Part shown: positions 25,504 to 37,955 of the stretch, one piece after another
How the letters are laid out: the number at the start of each line of letters is the position of its first letter
Position numbering within the stretch: position 1 is the stretch's first letter
From: Octopus bimaculoides
Taxonomy: Eukaryota
NCBI RefSeq assembly: GCF_001194135.2
Contig: NC_068987.1
Location: forward strand, 6,753,952 to 6,799,658
Length of the DNA stretch: 45,707 nucleotides
Direction of reading: 5' to 3'
Notes under the pieces: generated by a model
What the model was told of the DNA's origin: nothing
The model's database searches: none
What the model saw: only the letters and a program-made list of their open reading frames with translations
Program-made: the position numbers and the translations under genes

Positions 25504-26083
25504 CTTAGAAAAAAAAAACCCAACAGAAACATTTATTCAGTTTGCTTTGCATATGATCAACTTAGAAATTGTTGTCTCGAATATTCATATTACCAATAAT
25601 AAACAACTCTAAATACTTGACATGATTGCATTATAATAACGAATCATAAAGTTTCTTCCTCTCGACGCCATATTTACATAACTGTTACTCATATGGCTGA
25701 CTTATCAGTCTAACGACCTATTAGTGTTTTCTTGGCTACATTATTTAATGTTACCTGGCAATCGGCTAAATGAACTCATTCTTATCAGTTATATGTTGTA
25801 TTTTGTTGGATGCTTTTAAATGCGTAGGAAACAGTGATTCCTTTATATAAATTATCCAATTATTATTAGTCAAGATGAAATAATTATTTCTTTTGATTAT
25901 TTTGTTTAGAATAAAATTGCGAAATGTTTATATTACACGTATGGCAAATTTATGTAGTAATGAACAACAATCGATTGATACAACCGTGGTATTTTACTGA
26001 TATCAATTTTGATTGAAAGCTAGTTAATATATTAGTTATTTAGTGAGAAAAAGATTAGTGTTTTACACACACATACACGTACT

Positions 26084-26086
26084 CAC

Positions 26087-26146
<60 letters not shown>

Positions 26147-26340
26147 ACACCAATTGCGAAAAGGAGTTCAAAGAAGAAAATGTTTTCACCTGGAGAATAT
26201 TAGCTTTACTATAATTAAGGGTAAATATACAGCTTAGGAGAAGATAGGCGTTTTACAATTTCTGTTTTTCTCTGTCATTTGTATTTAGCTGTCACTGAAA
26301 TTCATATTCCATTTTCTCTTATTAATAATTCCCCCGCCTC

Positions 26341-26422
<82 letters not shown>
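26084..26422. repeat. (CA)n ~26084-26150 and (CT)n ~26342-26422 microsatellites
   Basis: Direct reading. Confidence 0.97.
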
Positions 26423-26426
<4 letters not shown>

Positions 26427-27528
26427 GTAAGAAGCTAGATATTATCGCTAAGAGAATCTAGTTTCTAATCAAAAAGGATCTAAATATTCTTATTATAAAG
26501 TACAAATATTTTTCTTCTTGCTTAAAATCAATTTGAAATTCATTCATCTCTGCTTGCAATGTTTAGATAATTCGACATATACAACGTCCCCATGCATTAG
26601 TAATGAGCAAAAGGGTCAGAGGCGCTATGATTTGCAGATTTATAGTGTATCGTTAAAAGTGTTATGTGGAAAGTATAAATTATTGCGAAAGTTAATGGCA
26701 ATAACTGAAGATAAGTGCAATTCCGTGTAAGGTTGTAGTTTACCATATTATTGAATCGTTGTCCTACATATCCTTACATCTGATTTTATATATTTTGCTA
26801 AGATATTTAGATAATTATATCTTTTATTTTCCCTCATAAATATCGATTTTGGTAGAATTAGCTCTTAATAAATTGCAACATACGTTGATTTCTATTACCA
26901 TAATAATTTGTGTTATACCACATTCGACAATGTAGAATTGCTCAAGAATATTAGTGTAATTTTTTCATTAACATTGATAACGCTAAATAATTTACGTCTT
27001 TGATTTGTTCCCTATTATGTCGTTCTCTAAAATTATTGGTATTAGTTTAATTCGTTGTGAATAATTATTGTTCATTCAATAACAGTTGCATCGCCAGTCC
27101 AATAGTTACTGTTAAAAGCTTCTATGTCCACACACTAATGTAATAAAAGCACATAAACTAGCCGTTTATATTTAACAAAATTTCTTCTGAAGACAATACT
27201 ATAATTTTTGTTTTTACAATTTCTGTGAAGTTGTTCTGTAGCTATATATAACATCTGGAGTGGCTTGAAGAATTAAGTCTGATGTTTTGGGCTTACTTTG
27301 TTTCATTTTGTGTTTGAATTACACGTCAAATGTTTAATAAGATTGATTTTGCTTTTTTTTTTTTTTTACACGAGAACCATGAAAAAAAGAAATGGAAACA
27401 TTTCATATTCTTGCTTCGAAACCGACTGCTTATGTTTCTAAGTTTTTGTGTCTGTTTGTCTGTGCTTGCATTTCTGAAAGTGCGTGTACATAACTTTATA
27501 CAAGCACATTATCTCACATAAACAGAGA

Positions 27529-27550
27529 NNNNNNNNNNNNNNNNNNNNNN
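27529..27550. other. Assembly gap (22 N)
   Basis: Run of n next to (AT)n. Confidence 1.
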
Positions 27551-29394
27551 ATATATATATATATATATATATACTCTTTTGACAACCATAATCAATATAT
27601 TATGTAACTACATAATGTACATAGATAGTTGATTTCAAGATTCCAACTGTAAAAAACGCATAACACTCCAAAACAATCCAACCTAATCTAAAACGAAACT
27701 CATGGATACAACGAAGAATTACGATATGAATCTTTGGCATTTGTAGAAGGAAAATTACGATGACTACGTCTATGCATTGAGAAAATAATACATTTAGTAA
27801 CTAAGTTATGTATATGTAAGTCTATGGAAACCGAAATAAAGTGTTTTACTAGAGAAATCCCCAGAGAAATGTAAGTAGAAGAGATATCAGTGATACAGTA
27901 ACTACCATAGAGTCCGCAACATCAGTCATGATAGTTTGCATATGTTTATTACAAAGCAAAAATGGGTTATCATCATCAGATGGTGTACAAAAGAATTTTA
28001 GGAGTAAAAATAGCAGAAATTTTAACTAGGTAAAATACATAATACATTCCTGTCTTATATTTTGCCACTAAATGAAACATTTCATTTTTAACGAAAAATT
28101 CTATTTGCCTCATATAAACAGAGAAATGTTTAACATAGAGAGCACGTAAATAAATAATCATGTACACATCTGTACACACGTGGAAATGTATACTTATGAT
28201 ACTTTTGCAACTAAATACTAAAGCTTACACCCAAATAAAATAAACATTCAGTTTGAATATAAATCAAGTGGGAAGGCGAGAGGAATGTGACGTGAAACCC
28301 ACACGATCATTTCAAGTTCACTCCAAAATATACACAAGTTGCTTTCACAGCATACAATGAATTGCAGACCACAATGATTTGCATTGTTCATAAGTTGGAA
28401 ACTATCTTCACTAGATAACAAAATATCTATATTGTGTTTCTGAAGATAATTATGATTTTAAAAATAAATAAGATAATAATAATAAAACACTAGAATTTAA
28501 AAATTAGCAAGAAAACTTTGGATCAGTAAATAACAACGCCTTTTTTTAAAAAAAAACTGGGCAACACATACACTGAGTATAATTAGACTAATTTCAACCC
28601 CAAATATCACATACGATTTTGGACTTGTCTAGCAATAGATTTTTAAGGATCTTCTAATCGAAATTTCCGTGATTTCGAATTAACACTAAAAAGTTTAAGG
28701 AAACTGAAGATTCCAGATTTATAGCAATAAGAGGTTCTGTACATTTGCAATTAGCGTACGACTTAATTAAATAAATGAAAATTAGAACTACTCTAATCTT
28801 ATTATGTCCAATATAACACCTGAATCTTGCTGATTACTACTTGTACACACTTTATAGTTTCGTAGATATTTATGACACAAGTCGAGAAAACGCTGCAGGT
28901 AAATGTTTTCTCGATCTATGCTTGATTCAGGACTGCTGTTCGATCAAACTAAACAACATTGGAAAAGAATACTGCCAATATAACAACTATGCTCTCATTA
29001 TCTGTGAAATCCTGCGTATGCTTCAATTGGTGCTAGCATACTAATACTAATATTCCAAATATTCCAGGGCGGGTACTGACAAAAACATTTATCTTCTGCA
29101 TATGCATATATGTAACTTTCACAAAAAATACAAAGAGTCAATATTGAGGGGATAATAAAAACAAAAATCAATTGTTGGCTCTGTATTATTATACAGAAAT
29201 TAGTTCGGCTATAAAATATTCTTTGCCTATAAAATGTTGGCATTGTGCCTAATCGAAAAAATCCTAATTATATAGTTGTTTCTTTTGAAAGTGAATAACA
29301 CACATAAGACCTCGTTCATTGAGATTATTTTAGATTACAAGTATCTGTGCGCAAATATTTACTCTAAAGTATCTACTTGTGTATCTTTTATATT

Positions 29395-29712
29395 TTCCTT
29401 GTGTCAGTCATTAGACTGTAGCCATGATAGAGCACCGCCTTAAAGGGTTTTCATCGAATGAATCGACTCCAGTATTTATTTTCTGAAAGCCAGGTAGTTA
29501 TGATACACGTTTCTTTCGGTGAACCGTTAATTTTCGAAGAGTTTAAACGAACCAACACCGGTTGTGAAGCTGGGGCAAGGGACAATCACAGACAACAGGC
29601 ACATTTCTGTTAATCAAATCCACTCATAAGGCCTTGGTTGCCCCGGAGCTATAATAGAAGACAATTGCCCAAGCTGTCATGCTGTGGGACTGAATCCAGA
29701 ACCATGTGACAG
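29395..29712 (-). mobile_element. tRNA-derived CORE-like SINE (second family), long decayed copy
   Basis: gtcagtcattagactgtagccatg...gaatcgactccagtat...aacaccggttgtgaag...ccactcataaggccttgg...gaagacaattgcccaagctgtcatgctgtgggactgaatccagaaccatgtg. Confidence 0.75.
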
Positions 29713-30179
29713 AGAATCACATATAATATATATATGAGAGAATGCATTATTATGGTCTTACGGAAAAGCCTTAACTAGATTCACATGACATATTTTGGAA
29801 TGCATTATATGTTCTCATATCCTCACCGTCTATTTAAAATCAAAGCAAGTAGTTACTATTGGTGTGAAGATGTGGAATCTGATGCAGTCATTTACACTGT
29901 ACATACACAATTACATATACAGTATTTTCGCCTAATTGCTATATCCATTATTATTTGATGGCAGAATCGTTACTGTATTCGAAAAATACCTGGCACTGTC
30001 TACTTTCTGTCTTTTTTTCTTCGTGCACATACCTCCATGGTAAGCTTTGCTTTTTGTCTTTCCGAGGTAGACAAAGAAAGATCGCTTTAGAAGAATACTA
30101 ATTGAGAGTTGGAATCTCTCAATTAGTATTTTCTTTTATGTCGTCATGGTAAATTATGTGACTACATATGTACTAAACT

Positions 30180-30420
30180 GTATCGGATCCTAGTTTCCTT
30201 TAAACAACAACAGTTGCATGCATGAACAGGAAAGAAAATTGCCTCAGCAATTCGTGATCTCCCAATTAGCCATGCTTAAACTTGCACTCCAGAGAAGACA
30301 AACCTAAGTTGCATCGCCGGATTTGACCGATAAATATTGCAGCAAGACAATCCAGGTACAGATCTATGGTTTCAAAATATACAATGATAAGAACGTCCAG
30401 TTTGCATCTATGAAATTACA
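30180..30420. mobile_element. Interspersed repeat fragment (SINE-like, family not assigned)
   Basis: GC-richer patch cttaaacttgcactccagagaagacaaacctaagttgcatcgccggatttgacc...caatccaggtacagatctatgg, recalled as a recurrent Octopus repeat; not verified. Confidence 0.3.
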
Positions 30421-31157
30421 CTCATGGAATATTGATTAACAGGTGAACGAATGACTATTGTAGAAATCACTTGCTTAATATTCCACATTATGGAATCGAA
30501 CCAAGAACGATGTGGTTGCAAAGCAAAGATCTTAATATAAATTGGAATCTTCTTTGTTCACTATCTCTTTGATAATACGGATGGTTTTTCCCAGGTGCAA
30601 GTTAGAAAGAGGGCTGACTTTTTATTACTCACAAGGGGCCACGAAGAGGGGGCAAACAAAACATGTGGGTGACATATAACATATGAAAAATGAATGACAT
30701 GGATTTATATAAGCTGGAAAGAGGGTTTATCTATATCAGCACTTCAGTTATATGTATTGAGCTCATCATCAATTTAGACTTTCATTACTGTATCGTTTTG
30801 AATATAATTACCATTTATATGCAAATAGCTACATAAATTGAATAGGCTTTTCTCCTCTTACAAAAATTATCTCATATATGAGAAAATGATCAACATTAAT
30901 TATAGTATATGCAAATATTAACATTTTCAATGGAAGACGTCTTTAATTTTCTTTATTTCAGATATTATATATAAATATTTTCGAAATAAATAAATCAGAT
31001 ATTTGAAATTGATATTCAAGAGAACTAAACTTAAAGACGCATAATTATAAGCCAGAATGAATATATTCTCAAATAGGCGCATTAAATCCTCTGATCTTTA
31101 ATGATTATACCTTTTTCATAAAAAAATACATATTGACGCTTTCAGAAATACATCTGA

Positions 31158-31194
<37 letters not shown>

Positions 31195-31233
31195 ATTTTT
31201 TTTTTCAAATGAACAAATCTCATTCATATATAG

Positions 31234-31243
31234 NNNNNNNNNN
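31234..31243. other. Assembly gap (10 N)
   Basis: Run of n. Confidence 1.
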
Positions 31244-32500
31244 TTACGATGGAAAGTACCTTATTTCCCACAGAATTCCTTTCAGCTACATTAAGGCATA
31301 AGGATTTGGGAACTTTAGTTTATGAATCTTGAAATACATCATGCTACAAGAATTGAGAATTTTATTAAATAAGTATAAACATGCATCAAACATAACATGT
31401 CACAACAAATCAAATAAGTCAGTTTTATTATATCCACCCATACATTTATCAGTCCTTCACACGTATGTGGATATAATAAAAGTATATTTCAATGTTATAA
31501 TAAAAGTATATATCAACGAATATATTAGTATCCTAGTAAAACATCCAAAGCAAATGGAAAGACACGTTTTACCTCCTGCAAAGGGTTAAAGTCAGTTTTG
31601 CTGCACCAATGAATATGCGATGTGAGTGGAAATTAATCTTGTTCATCTAAGTATGATGTATTTGACAACGATATATACACAAGCCTTAAGCAGCGTAAAT
31701 CTCCTTAGTAACACTGGTTCAATACAATTCTGTCGCTCTAGAAAAAAATTAATGAAAGTGAAATAAATAAATAATTAAATGTCTCTTATAGTCAATCACA
31801 TTGTAGTTTTGGCGAAACATCTGTAAATATTGGTTACTGAAGTATTCGATACTTTTTGACAAAATCGATTTACTTGCTCTACTTCGTAACAAATATCACG
31901 TTAGTTAGCTTAGCAATAGGGTTCCGTTTGTTTTATCCCTCTCCCTTTCACTCGCAAACTTTTAATTAGTTTCCAGTCGAATATATTGTTTTTTCACTAT
32001 TAAATACGTTCAGGTGTTTGGATGACCTGTATTCTATGTTGTTTCACTTGCTGTCTGATAAGACATTCAAAGTGAAAACAATTCTCAAACAATCTAATTT
32101 TCTTTTATTATCTGACGAACGGTTTCTGATACAAAGAGCTCAAATGTTATTTTCCTTTTCTTTCTATTTTTGTTTCTTAAGGGGAACACGGTATGCATTT
32201 TCTCAACGTTTTCGTCATTTTCATGGTGAAACAATATTTCTTTTTTAAATGACGATACCTTTAAAATTGCTATTTTATAAGATTTTAAAGAAAAATCAGA
32301 CTCTATCGTCTTCATCAGACACTATGAATGAACTTGAGAATTATTCTCACTAATCCATCACACAACTTTTAAAAGTGGATGCAATAAATTTTATGCAAGT
32401 TTTTATAAGTCCTACATTTGACCAAAGTCAGCTAAATCTGGATTGTATGGATGAAAATGTAAAGTGAAATGCAATAAAGAGTTGATTTTTTAATTATTGT

Positions 32501-32718
32501 TGGTGGAGCTGGTAGAATTGTTAGCACGCTGGGCGAAATGCTTAGCTGTATTTCGTCCGTCTTCACGATCTGAGTTCAAATCCCGCGGAGGTCGACTTTG
32601 CCTTTCATCCTTTCGAGTTCGATAAAATAAGTACCAGTTGAGTACTGGAGTCGATGTAATAGACTATTCCCTTCCCCCAAATTCCAGGCCTTGTACCTAT
32701 ATTTGAAAGGATTATTAT
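32501..32718 (+). mobile_element. tRNA-derived SINE (first family), near full length
   Basis: gagctggtagaattgttagcacgctgggcgaaatgcttagc...gagttcaaatcccgcggaggtcgactttgcctttcatcctttcgagttcgataaaataagtaccag...tttgaaaggattattatt. Confidence 0.9.
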
Positions 32719-32898
32719 TTCTCTATTGCCCACGGGGGCTAAACATAGAGGGGATAAAACAAGGACAAACAAAGGGAGTAAGTTGATTACATCAACCCCA
32801 GTGTGTAACTGGTACTTATTTAATCGACCTCGAAAGGATGAAAGGGCAAGTCGACCTCGGCGGAATTTAAACGTAACGACAGACGAAATACTGCTAAT
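32719..32898 (-). mobile_element. tRNA-derived SINE (related subfamily), 5'-truncated, tail-to-tail with the previous copy
   Basis: ctctattgcccacggggg...actggtacttatttaatcgacctcgaaaggatgaaagggcaagtcgacctcggcggaattt...gacagacgaaatactgctaa. Confidence 0.85.
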
Positions 32899-33156
32899 CA
32901 TGTCAATAATTTTCGATAAAATAGATTTGCTTGACCTACTTCAGTCTTTACCAACTTCCGCATTTGTTATGTTAACTACAGGGGTTATCACATCTCTAGC
33001 AATCACATATCATATTTTTCTCTGGGATTTTGCTTGTTTGCCTATACACTGTGCAACAAAACATCTCGATGAGGAGGGAGGGGTTTTTCATTAATGCAAT
33101 AGAAATAATTCGTTTCTTATTGGATTACGATTAAGATATAGTCATTATTATTACTT

Positions 33157-33362
33157 CGGCGGCTTGACAGAATCGTTAAATATCCGAATAAAATGACTTG
33201 CAGTATTTCTTTCGTACTCTACGCTTCTAAATTCAAATTTCACTGAGAGCAGCTTCGTCTTACATCCTTCTGAGCTGAAGAAACTCGAGTACGTTATCGG
33301 TATAATCGACTATACACTTTCTCAAAATTTGAGGTATTGTGTGTATATTAGAAATAAATATT
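33157..33362 (+). mobile_element. tRNA-derived SINE, highly decayed
   Basis: ggcggcttgacagaatcgttaaa...aaattcaaatttcactgag...tacatccttctgagctg...gtataatcgact...ttagaaataaatatt. Confidence 0.6.
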
Positions 33363-33677
33363 AGAGAAAAATAATGGCAAAATGATCAAAATGATATACT
33401 AATTGAACCTCCCCACCCTACAATCTGAATTTGAGTTCAAATTCACATTTAGATCGTAGTCACTTGTGTTGAGTTAATAACCTTTTTGTTCAATTATAGA
33501 AAAGAAAATAGAAAGTAAATGAAATTTCTCTTTGAGTGTCTTGCGTCTGAAACATTCGTCTATTCATAAGAAAAGATATTTTGGTCATTTCAAAAGTCTC
33601 CTTAGATGGGAGGTGAATGACAGAATAGAGGCCCTCCGAGTAGCCAAACGTGCTTAATAAAAACAAACAAACAAACA

Positions 33678-34280
33678 ATATATCTAGTTGGAAACCAGTT
33701 AAGAAAATTTCGCGAGGGAACGAGAAGAGGGCTACGCCGAACGGAGCCCTTATAGCTGAACTAACGGATGTATACCCCCACCCTTCATCGTTGTTAATAT
33801 AGATACCATATAGTTTCAGTTTAACTTGCGAAAAATTCTACAAAAGTTCACGCCGTGTATTAAAAATACGCACGATGAACTTTTTGTAGCATTGTAATTA
33901 TCTGAGAAAAGATGGCTTACCAGAAAAATATTTTCCGTGCTCTGTTTTATTGGCTCGTTCACGAGAAATATGTTTGCTAACTACCAATCCGTTTAGAAAA
34001 TGTCACGCTATTTTTTCTTTCGAATGAAGAAATTGCTCACTATCATTATTCAATAAAGAATGTCAAATGCTAATTTTTTCGGAGTGTCAAGCGGTGAAAA
34101 GTAAAACCTAACCTTCTAGCTCAATTTTAAGAACACCCAAGGAATAAAAGGCAATAATATTTTATGAAAAGTGGTTTACGTTATTCATATGTGATTCGTG
34201 TGTTGTATGATATTACTTAGTTGATCAAATTAGCGGTTACCAGAGAAGAAGAAAACTTCCCATCAACACTGAAAATATTT
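33678..34280 (+). mobile_element. Possible non-autonomous Helitron/Helentron-type element
   Basis: Starts tatctagttggaaaccag...ttcgcgagggaacg, contains GC hairpin agggct-ccg/cgg-agccct (33728-33750) and a 60-nt hairpin (33834-33893), and ends before (ATT)n. The layout is reminiscent of HINE/DINE-like elements; family assignment is inference. Confidence 0.3.
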
Positions 34281-34317
34281 TATTATTATTATTATTATTA
34301 TTATTATACAAGGATTA

Positions 34318-34538
34318 TACGGTAAGCTAGCAGAATCATTACTACGCCGAAGAAAATGCTTAACGGCAATGGCATTTCTTCCGGCTTTATGTTCTGATTT
34401 CAAATGCCTTCGATGACGACTTAGCCTTTTATCCTTTCGGGGCCGATAAAATAAATATCAGTTGAGCACTGGAGTCGATGAAATCTCCTAGCCTCCTCCA
34501 CACAAATTTGAGGCCTTCTGTCTATAATAAAAAAGGAT
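34318..34538 (+). mobile_element. tRNA-derived SINE (first family), decayed
   Basis: aagctagcagaatcattactacgccgaagaaaatgcttaacggc...gatttcaaatgcc...ttagccttttatcctttcggggccgataaaataaatatcagttgagcactggagtcgatg. Confidence 0.8.
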
Positions 34539-34953
34539 TCTTATGCAAAGACATTCGTTTCATTTCGTGGTAAGTTGATAGATATAAATCACAATTTCTT
34601 TCGTAGAAATGTGAATTTGAAAACGGGTTCCAGTCAAATCATTTAGAAGATGGTATCAGTTTATATATGCGAAAACATTCCCCATTTATCCCCGCAATTT
34701 GCCAGAAACATTTTCTAGCACTAAAGATTATTACATCCTGTTTTGTGATAGAAAGAGACACGGCATAACTTTATTATTGGACAGAATATTAGTAGAATCG
34801 CTGGAGCCTCGAACAACATGCTTTGTGGTTCATTTCTGGCTACTTATATTCCGAATTAATCCAATTAAGTTCAAATTTGCATCTCATTTGTTCTGGATCG
34901 GATAAATTACTAATCAAGCACTGGGGTAGGTTTAAGTTTCTGCCTATCTGTAC

Positions 34954-35094
34954 CTGCATGCAATGGGCTTGCATGGAACGGTACAACACAAATCTCCGGC
35001 CAACAGTAGAACTCCGATGACGGCGATGATTTTACACACCAATAATTGGAAATTTTTCTCTGCCACCACAACAATATTATCAATCTGTAACACC
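34954..35094 (-). pseudogene. Transmembrane-like exon candidate
   Basis: 141-nt AG..GT unit with one open frame VLQIDNIVVVAEKNFQLLVCKIIAVIGVLLLAGDLCCTVPCKPIAC; hydrophobic IIAVIGVLLLAG followed by Cys. The acceptor lacks a polypyrimidine tract. Confidence 0.3.
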
Positions 35095-36028
35095 CTGTAT
35101 TACCGCTCTCTCTCTTTTTCACACACACATGCATGCATCCTAAAACTCATTCATATGTACACACTATCTAAAAGCCGAATGGTTAAAAAAGGATCTTCAG
35201 TGAAAAGGATTGTTTTAGAAGTATGAGCTTTACTTATATACGCTCGGTTGTGTATATTTTCCACGCTAACAATGTGAATATGTGCACGCATCTGTCAGTG
35301 CAATTCATATATATCGTGTGTGTGTGTGAGCTTATATGCGAAAATGTCAGAATATGTAGAACAGTTGTGTACATGGATCCACTTATATACAAAATGTATA
35401 TCAAAGCATAGTTTTATATGAGCATGCGAGTGCGCGCGTGGTCACGTACCTGAACAATTAATTCACTCAACTTAGATTTCAAATAGCTTTAAGAAATATG
35501 ATAGCTATTATTGTATACACGCTAGCTAGCAAAACGAGCAGGAGTGTTATCAGTAATAATAGCAGTCTCACTTGGGATGGAATCTTAAAAGCGATATCAG
35601 CAGCGTTAGTAATGACAGTAGCTTTATTGTAACAGTCTTAGTATAGATAGTAACAGCTGGAGCATTAGGAGACGCAGCAGTAATCGTGATAATTCCAGTC
35701 GTGTGTAAACGATTTAGTAGTAACAAATATGATAGCGCAAGCAGTAGCAATGATAACAGCATTAACGGTTAAATTAAATGCTTTGCAAGAGTTTTAGTTT
35801 CTCTGCTATGTGGGTTCAAATCCCGCCAGAGGTGACAGTATTTTGAAAATTATTTTCAATAAATTTTCTACTTTGCGCCGATGTTAAAAATTCATAAACT
35901 TCCAAATGGATCGACTGGAAATCAAAATTCTAATTTTGCAAATAAATTTTGAATACTTGCATTAGTATTCATACAGAGATACTCTTTGTATGTAAACAAG
36001 ATGCAATTATTTAGATTATATATATATA

Positions 36029-36405
36029 NNNNNNNNNNNNNNNNNNNNNNNNNNNNNNNNNNNNNNNNNNNNNNNNNNNNNNNNNNNNNNNNNNNNNNNN
36101 NNNNNNNNNNNNNNNNNNNNNNNNNNNNNNNNNNNNNNNNNNNNNNNNNNNNNNNNNNNNNNNNNNNNNNNNNNNNNNNNNNNNNNNNNNNNNNNNNNNN
36201 NNNNNNNNNNNNNNNNNNNNNNNNNNNNNNNNNNNNNNNNNNNNNNNNNNNNNNNNNNNNNNNNNNNNNNNNNNNNNNNNNNNNNNNNNNNNNNNNNNNN
36301 NNNNNNNNNNNNNNNNNNNNNNNNNNNNNNNNNNNNNNNNNNNNNNNNNNNNNNNNNNNNNNNNNNNNNNNNNNNNNNNNNNNNNNNNNNNNNNNNNNNN
36401 NNNNN
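36029..36405. other. Assembly gap (377 N) between (TA)n and (CA)n
   Basis: Run of n. Confidence 1.
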
Positions 36406-36454
<49 letters not shown>

Positions 36455-36458
<4 letters not shown>

Positions 36459-37251
36459 GACAGTATAAATGGAAGATGATTTCGTTTCACACTGCAATGC
36501 AGTGGGACTTAAGCTTATCTTTATACTACTGCTAACGTTATTATCAGTATAATGTGACTGACACCAAATGAAGCTTATCCTTTAACAACTGATAGATTAC
36601 TCATACAAACAAAACTGGATGCTAATCAGTTAAAGGAACTTAGATCAAAGCGACATATATATCAGTGACGTAATACTTGTTCGTGGTTATTGTAGTCTTA
36701 CTTGTCATAATGCAGAAGACATGCAGAGCTTGGTAGATGCTGATGACAATGCGGGTGACCATGTAGATCGGCTTGAGAATTTAGGTCTTGTAAACTGAAA
36801 TGCTTTATTAGTCATGTCCCGATTTGAACCAAGTGTCTGTGTCTCAGTGACTAACTCAGTGACTAACTAGATAGCTGTTTGATTTGAAATTGTGAGTGAC
36901 ATATTGATTTTACTCTTCCGAATTTCACAGAATGTATACCTTTAACGCATTAGTATTGATTAAATCGATTACTAACGAGGAATTTAGTTCTGAAGATGTT
37001 ATCTACTGTATGCTGTAGTGAGAGACGTAGATAAAGAATATATTAGCTGCGGAGTAGGTCCTTCACTCAAACGGAATTAACTAGTTGTCATAGTTTCGTT
37101 CTGCGATTTTGATATATCTTTATTACCATTAGAAAAGGAAAATGGAGCTTCTCATTTTGTCTCCTTTGGAATTCACTGCATGATTGTTCTGCATGCGGCA
37201 TTCTACTGTTATCAAAACATCACTGTATTGAGCTTACCAGTCTAAGAGAAC
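36455..37251 (-). pseudogene. Decayed large Ser/Thr-rich (mucin-like stalk) coding exon
   Basis: Acceptor atgctttttgcag|. Successive frames: FSFSNGNKDISKSQNETMTTS*FRLSEGPTPQLIYSLSTSLTTAYS; MSLTISNQTAI*LVTELVTETQTLGSNRDMTNKAFQFTRPKFSSRSTWSPALSSASTKLCMSSAL; TSKTTITTNKYYVT; SHYTDNNVSSSIKISLSPTALQCETKSSSIYTVS. The plus strand shows the V/D/A/E-rich antisense signature. Confidence 0.55.
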
Positions 37252-37822
37252 CTGCAAAAAGCATGATTGCAATGCAACATTTACTAACAAAATGATGCAA
37301 AAGTGTGCACAAGTTTTTTGAAAATATGACATCAAACCATTTGAATAATTGTAATTTGGGTATTGTCACAGTCAATAATAGTGTCCTTCCACGAGACAAT
37401 AAACTATCGCAGTATAGTTTTAAATAAAGGAATACACGGTTATATGTTTGATGTACTGTTGTGACTCAACTATTAGCATAGAAGAGAAAGCAAAAGGAAA
37501 CTCTGGTAGAATTGAAAATATCTCTGCAAATGTACGGTACTAAATAGCGTCAATGCAATCGACGTAATCCAGCTTCCTGTTCACCAGAGTGGAAAATAAT
37601 CCCAGTCAACACAGTAAAACTAAAATTATCACAAAAATTGTTTCTTAAATCTAAAGAAGGTGATATCAATATTACTGTTACTTATTCTATCGATTGTAGA
37701 AATGTGAACTGGGAACGGAAGACAGCATTACCGCAATTAAAGTGCCCTACTGTTTCTAGCATTTCACCAATTATGAAAATAGTGTTTCAATACGGTGATG
37801 CTAAAATGATTACGTTGGCAGG

Positions 37823-37885
<63 letters not shown>

Positions 37886-37955
37886 GTGTATGTGTGTGTC
37901 TATACTTATGCATATATATGGTTGCATATATAGGTTTAAATATGTATATATATAT

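Noticed and set aside
32726-33094. 122-aa plus-strand ORF
   Set aside because: Its first half is the antisense of a SINE; no protein-like features.
37440-37821. Minus-strand FYCVDWDY...TGSW (GPS-motif-like) and an overlapping ~90-codon plus-strand open frame
   Set aside because: The GPS-like reading has multiple stops and lies on the wrong side of the S/T stalk for an adhesion GPCR; an open frame of this length is expected by chance in a window this size.
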